Both the position numbers and the translations under genes were made by a program. 59,028 nt of DNA from Polyangiaceae bacterium (lineage in GTDB: Bacteria > Myxococcota_A > Polyangia > Polyangiales > Polyangiaceae). Below the pieces are notes generated by a model. It searched no databases and was not told where the DNA came from. It saw only the letters and a program-made list of their open reading frames with translations. The stretch spans positions 1-59,028 of the forward strand of contig JBNKBE010000019.1 of NCBI GenBank assembly GCA_050287085.1. Direction: 5' to 3'. Positions 55,076 through 59,028 of this stretch are shown piece by piece (position 1 is the stretch's first letter; each line of letters starts with the position of its first letter).

Positions 55076-58015
55076 ATGTCGACAACAGAAAGAGTTCGAA
55101 GGACTCAGCCCCGATCGTCGCTAGCGCTGCGTCCACTGCTCGCCGCAGCCATGCTGGCGGTGCCGTGGAGCTGCAAGGGCAAGACGGAAAGCGCGCCAGT
55201 GATCGCATCCGTCTCGAACACTGCCAGCAACCCCGCGCCGTCAGCGGAGCTCCGTCCGGCGCTCGCCGAACCCCGCTGGACAGCCCCGCGACCCCACGAC
55301 CCACCCAGCCTTGGGCGCTTCGTCCAAGACAACCTGGCCAACCCACACGAAACCAAGGTACGGCTGGTGACCCACCACGTCAGTGTCGCAATCCGTGACG
55401 GCCTTGCCAGGACCCACGTCGTGGAGGTGTTTCGCAATGACGGTCCGAATGCGGCCACGGGTAGCGTGCTTGTGCCCTTCCCCCCTGGAGCCAGCTTGGC
55501 AGGCGTCTCCGCCGGCGCAGAAGGGGAACTGCACGCCAGTCGCTACCTGCCACGAACCAAGAAGGCTTCCGCCAACGCCGCCCCGCTGCGGGTTCATCAC
55601 AGCGGTCCGAGCCTGATCCTCGGAGCGCTTGTAGTGCCCGCCGAGGGCTCGTGGCAACTCGAATTCGACTACGATCAACGCCTCTCCGAAGGCAACGCGG
55701 GCTTTTCGTACCGCTACCCGCTGGCAACGCTCCAGCCGCTAGAACTGGACGAGTTCAGCTTTCGAGGCTTCGTCACCGACCGGCGACGACTCCCTCACTC
55801 CCCACACGCCGAACCGCAAGAACTAGCTACCACAACGGAAGGCGGCGGCCTGTCCTTCTCGATGACCCGCCGCGGATTTACACCCGTTCAGGACCTGATC
55901 CTGCGCTTCCAGGTCGCTCACCGTTCGCCCCTGACTGGGGTGTTTCATCCACAGGTGACAGGAGGCGCAAACGCAGGACAGAACTGGGGCTACTTCGTCG
56001 TCGAGCTGCCCGTGACCACGCCGCAGACCTTCCTGCGACCTCCCTCCGGGCTATGGTCGCGCAGTCTGCTCTTGGATCGATCCCACGCACGCTTCGCCGA
56101 AGCTGCGGATACAGACGCCCAACTGGCGCAGCTGTGGCTGGACGAGCTGACTCCAGACGAGCCCTTTGCCCTGATCACCTGTCACACGGAGTGTGAAGCC
56201 TTTCCGGAAGCAGGCACCGTCGCGGCAAGCGATGACAACGTTCACGACGCCCTCAGATGGCTACGAGCGCGTGGCCCCCGACGGGGTGCGTCCAACTTGG
56301 CCGCCGGACTTGCGCGCGCCTACGCCGCCGTAGCCAACGCGGAGCGTGCACAAATAGCCTACGTGGGCAGCGGCAAGGCGACGGTGGATGAAACGTCACC
56401 GGAAGGCATTCTCGCGCGCCTTGCGGCTCCCGACAAGGGCGAGCTCGATCTTCGCTTTCTAACCACAGGCGTCGCGGATGGCACGTTGGTGCCTGTGCTG
56501 GCAAAACACCTCGATGCTTTTCACACCCACGTTAGCGACTACGACCCCAACTTGCGCGCTGGCCGGGCCTTTATCGGAGCCCTCTTCAGCAGCCGGATCA
56601 CCGACTTGGCGCTCATCGCCCCAGCCACAGTAGAAGCCAACCTCCGCGCGGTTTCTACTGCCGTGCCAGAACACGAACGCGTGTTGGTAACAGGGCGCTA
56701 CTCCGAGCCCGGTACGTCGCCCTTCTCGCTACGAGGACGACTTGCGGGGGAGCTTTTCAGCGCGCATTTTGCCATCGACCTCACCTCCCAAGGCCGTGAC
56801 AACCCCCTCGTGCCCCGGCATTGGGCGCTTCAGGAAGTTGCCAAACTCCAAACGCAACCGCTGCGCGACGTGCGTTTGGAGCTCATCGACCTAAGCCGCA
56901 AGTACCATATTGCGAGCGTGGCGACGCGACTGGAGCTTGAAGGAGGAGGACCACTTTGGTGGCAGGAGCCACCACAATACGGGGACGCTTCCCAGTTCAA
57001 GCAGCGCTCCCAGGAGTTCTTCCCGCCGAAGGGGTACTCATCCACCCTCGCCACTCCCCCGAAGGGGGTCACCGCCAGCACGCAGGTCGAGCACGTCCTG
57101 GAGAAGGAGCTCTCGAACGCGGACGCCCCGCATCTCGAACAACTCTGTGCCGCGCACATGGCACAATACCCCGACAACTCAGGGGCACTCGCTTGGGCGG
57201 CGCGGGAACTCCTCGGCCACGGGCGACTGCAAGCAGCACAGGACGCTGCTTCCAGGCTACTCGAGCTGGAACCCGACAACCTATTTGCTCTGCTAACCCA
57301 CGCAGAAGCAAGCGCCGCCTTGGGCGAAGCAGCGTTCGCGAGCTATTCGCTCTCCGCTGCAGCGGGCTCCGCTCGAAGCGATCCACAACTGCACCTGAGA
57401 GCGGCAAAGGCTCTGGGCACGCTCGGCCACCACGCGGAAAGCTGTGCCCACTATCGCTCCGCGTCTTCATTGTTAAGCCATAGCGATACGTTTGCGCTAC
57501 CGCCGAGGTGCGCGCAGGTGGCCTCCCCGGCCGAACCCGCATCCCCAGCGGACAATGCCACCTCACCCACACCACTGCCGCAACCTGCACTCGCTGGCTG
57601 GTTCACTGCCGAGGTCGAGTGCATCGATCCAGACGGCTGCCCCTACCCCGTTATCGGCACACCGGAGGGGCACTGGCTAAGCCCGTATTCACCGCCTCCC
57701 GATACCAACCCAAGCGCACGGAGCGTGGCCCTCGGAACGCCGCCAACACAAGGCACCTATCGCGTTCTAGTGGTCGGGGGACGCGCCGGAACTCGAGGAC
57801 GGTTGACGGTGAACGCGAGGGGAAGCCACCAAAGCGTCGACTTCACGTGGCAGCCGAACCGGCCGCTGCAGCTGACGTCACTCATTGGGGTCGCATCGAA
57901 TAGCCCGCTCACCACACCAGCCCCGAGCCCAGCAGTCCCGAGCCCAGCAGCCCCGAGCCCAGCAGCCCCGAGCCCAGCAGCCCCGAGCCCAGCAGCCCCC
58001 CCTGCCTCACCCTAG
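55076..58015 (+). CDS. VIT plus degenerate vWA plus TPR-like protein, probable lipoprotein
   Basis: HHVSV.IRDG.ART.V.EVFRN (VIT); LLLDRS; helical Ala-rich repeats; Pro-rich tail. Confidence 0.82.
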   Translation: MSTTERVRRTQPRSSLALRPLLAAAMLAVPWSCKGKTESAPVIASVSNTASNPAPSAELRPALAEPRWTAPRPHDPPSLGRFVQDNLANPHETKVRLVTHHVSVAIRDGLARTHVVEVFRNDGPNAATGSVLVPFPPGASLAGVSAGAEGELHASRYLPRTKKASANAAPLRVHHSGPSLILGALVVPAEGSWQLEFDYDQRLSEGNAGFSYRYPLATLQPLELDEFSFRGFVTDRRRLPHSPHAEPQELATTTEGGGLSFSMTRRGFTPVQDLILRFQVAHRSPLTGVFHPQVTGGANAGQNWGYFVVELPVTTPQTFLRPPSGLWSRSLLLDRSHARFAEAADTDAQLAQLWLDELTPDEPFALITCHTECEAFPEAGTVAASDDNVHDALRWLRARGPRRGASNLAAGLARAYAAVANAERAQIAYVGSGKATVDETSPEGILARLAAPDKGELDLRFLTTGVADGTLVPVLAKHLDAFHTHVSDYDPNLRAGRAFIGALFSSRITDLALIAPATVEANLRAVSTAVPEHERVLVTGRYSEPGTSPFSLRGRLAGELFSAHFAIDLTSQGRDNPLVPRHWALQEVAKLQTQPLRDVRLELIDLSRKYHIASVATRLELEGGGPLWWQEPPQYGDASQFKQRSQEFFPPKGYSSTLATPPKGVTASTQVEHVLEKELSNADAPHLEQLCAAHMAQYPDNSGALAWAARELLGHGRLQAAQDAASRLLELEPDNLFALLTHAEASAALGEAAFASYSLSAAAGSARSDPQLHLRAAKALGTLGHHAESCAHYRSASSLLSHSDTFALPPRCAQVASPAEPASPADNATSPTPLPQPALAGWFTAEVECIDPDGCPYPVIGTPEGHWLSPYSPPPDTNPSARSVALGTPPTQGTYRVLVVGGRAGTRGRLTVNARGSHQSVDFTWQPNRPLQLTSLIGVASNSPLTTPAPSPAVPSPAAPSPAAPSPAAPSPAAPPASP
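57918..57999 (+). repeat. 15-bp coding tandem repeat (SPAAP), about 5.5 copies
   Basis: Directly visible. Confidence 0.9.
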
Positions 58016-58124
58016 CTGGAGCCGCCTCAACGAGCAGCCGCGAGGCGGAGGGTGGGGCCACCGCATGTCGGTGCAATAATCAACACTTGCGCGCCAAATC
58101 GCCGCGAATCCAGCTTTCTTCGCC

Positions 58125-58150
58125 GGAATCCGAAGACACCTGCGTTCGAA
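58125..58150 (+). promoter_or_regulatory. Candidate ECF-type promoter GGAATC-N16-CGAA
   Basis: Exact 16-nt spacer, 56 nt upstream of the EF-hand gene start. Confidence 0.45.
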
Positions 58151-58206
58151 CCTATGCATTCGGCCCAAGGCGGGCCCCCACCACGTAGGACAAGGACATT
58201 ACGCGC

Positions 58207-58980
58207 ATGAAAGCTACCCCCATCGCATTGACTTCTCTGGCTCTGTTGACCTTGGCTGCTGCTGCCTTCGCCAAGCCGGGGCACAACAAGTACCTCTTCG
58301 CTCAGCTCGACCAAAACGCCGACGGCCAAGTGACCTTGGCGGAGATGCAGGCGGGCGCCGAGAAACGGATTTCCGAAGCCGACGCCAATGGCGATGGCCT
58401 GGCTAGCGCGGAAGAGTTGAAAGCGCTGCGCAAGACGCGCCAGGCGCAGCATCAGAGCCAACGCTTGGCGAAGAAAGATGCCAACGGCGATGGCGTATTG
58501 TCGAGGGATGAGGTCCCGCGCATGCCCGCTGAAGTCTTCGCCAAGCTCGACGCCGATAGCAGCGGAACGCTGTCGCGCGAGGAGCTCGCCGCCGGCTGGG
58601 GCGCACGCGGACGTCGCGGCGGCCTGGCCGCCAAGGACAAGAACGGTGATGGCGCAGTGACTCCCGACGAGGTGCCTCACATGCCTCAGCAGCTCTTCGC
58701 GCGACTCGACGCCAATGGCGATGGCGTACTCAACGGTGCCGAACTGACACGCATGCATCCAGCACAGGGAAACATGATGCGACGGGCAGACACCAATCAC
58801 GACGGCGCGCTTGATGCAAGCGAAGCCAAAGCCATGGCCGAAAAGCACTTCCTCCGCATGGACAAGAACCAGGACGGGGTGCTCACCCAAGACGAGATGA
58901 AGCGAATGGCCCACCCCGGAAAGCGACGCGGCCAGGGGCACGCCAAAGGACACGCCCGAAAGCAGCACAACGCACAATAG
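58207..58980 (+). CDS. Secreted EF-hand calcium-binding protein (8 loops)
   Basis: AAGGA RBS, signal peptide AFA; eight DxDxDG/DxNxDG-type 12-residue loops ending in Glu. Confidence 0.93.
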   Translation: MKATPIALTSLALLTLAAAAFAKPGHNKYLFAQLDQNADGQVTLAEMQAGAEKRISEADANGDGLASAEELKALRKTRQAQHQSQRLAKKDANGDGVLSRDEVPRMPAEVFAKLDADSSGTLSREELAAGWGARGRRGGLAAKDKNGDGAVTPDEVPHMPQQLFARLDANGDGVLNGAELTRMHPAQGNMMRRADTNHDGALDASEAKAMAEKHFLRMDKNQDGVLTQDEMKRMAHPGKRRGQGHAKGHARKQHNAQ

Positions 58981-59028
58981 CTCGTGCCCCTCTGTGCAAT
59001 ACCCACTCGTGGGGGAGGGGCCCGCCCC

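Overview
GC-rich bacterial DNA, very likely Myxococcota/Polyangiales (inferred from MYXO-CTERM-like sorting tails, AgmX/PglI-type C-terminal domains, a DUF1592/DUF1552 pair and Cys-rich lipoproteins). Positions 1-13 kb are a decayed accessory mosaic: two intact toxin-antitoxin pairs (VapBC; Fic plus small partner), fragments of five more TA genes, IS110 and IS1182 remnants, and several frameshifted or truncated genes. The VapBC unit is bounded by complementary GTTRRRY/RYYYAAC cores, each directly abutted by an IS end, which suggests a decayed integron-cassette array whose attC sites were hit by IS110 and IS1182. No integrase is in the window. Positions 13-59 kb are mostly intact genes: LysR with an OYE reductase; a four-gene Ser/Thr-kinase/FecR envelope operon; a CHASE hybrid kinase; a three-gene cluster (lipoprotein, secreted S74-chaperone fibre, 1971-aa 14-repeat surface protein); a thioesterase-PAS fusion; a lectin lipoprotein; a trehalase; ATP-grasp/alpha-E genes followed by an IS66 scar; an ECF sigma/NrsF-like anti-sigma/spondin locus with three GTAACC-N16-CNTA motifs; DUF1592/DUF1552; a CBM9-DUF5916 protein; a VIT protein; and an 8-EF-hand protein. 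Several short tandem repeats are present. No CRISPR array, tRNA or rRNA was seen. All family calls come from motif recognition by eye, not from database searches.
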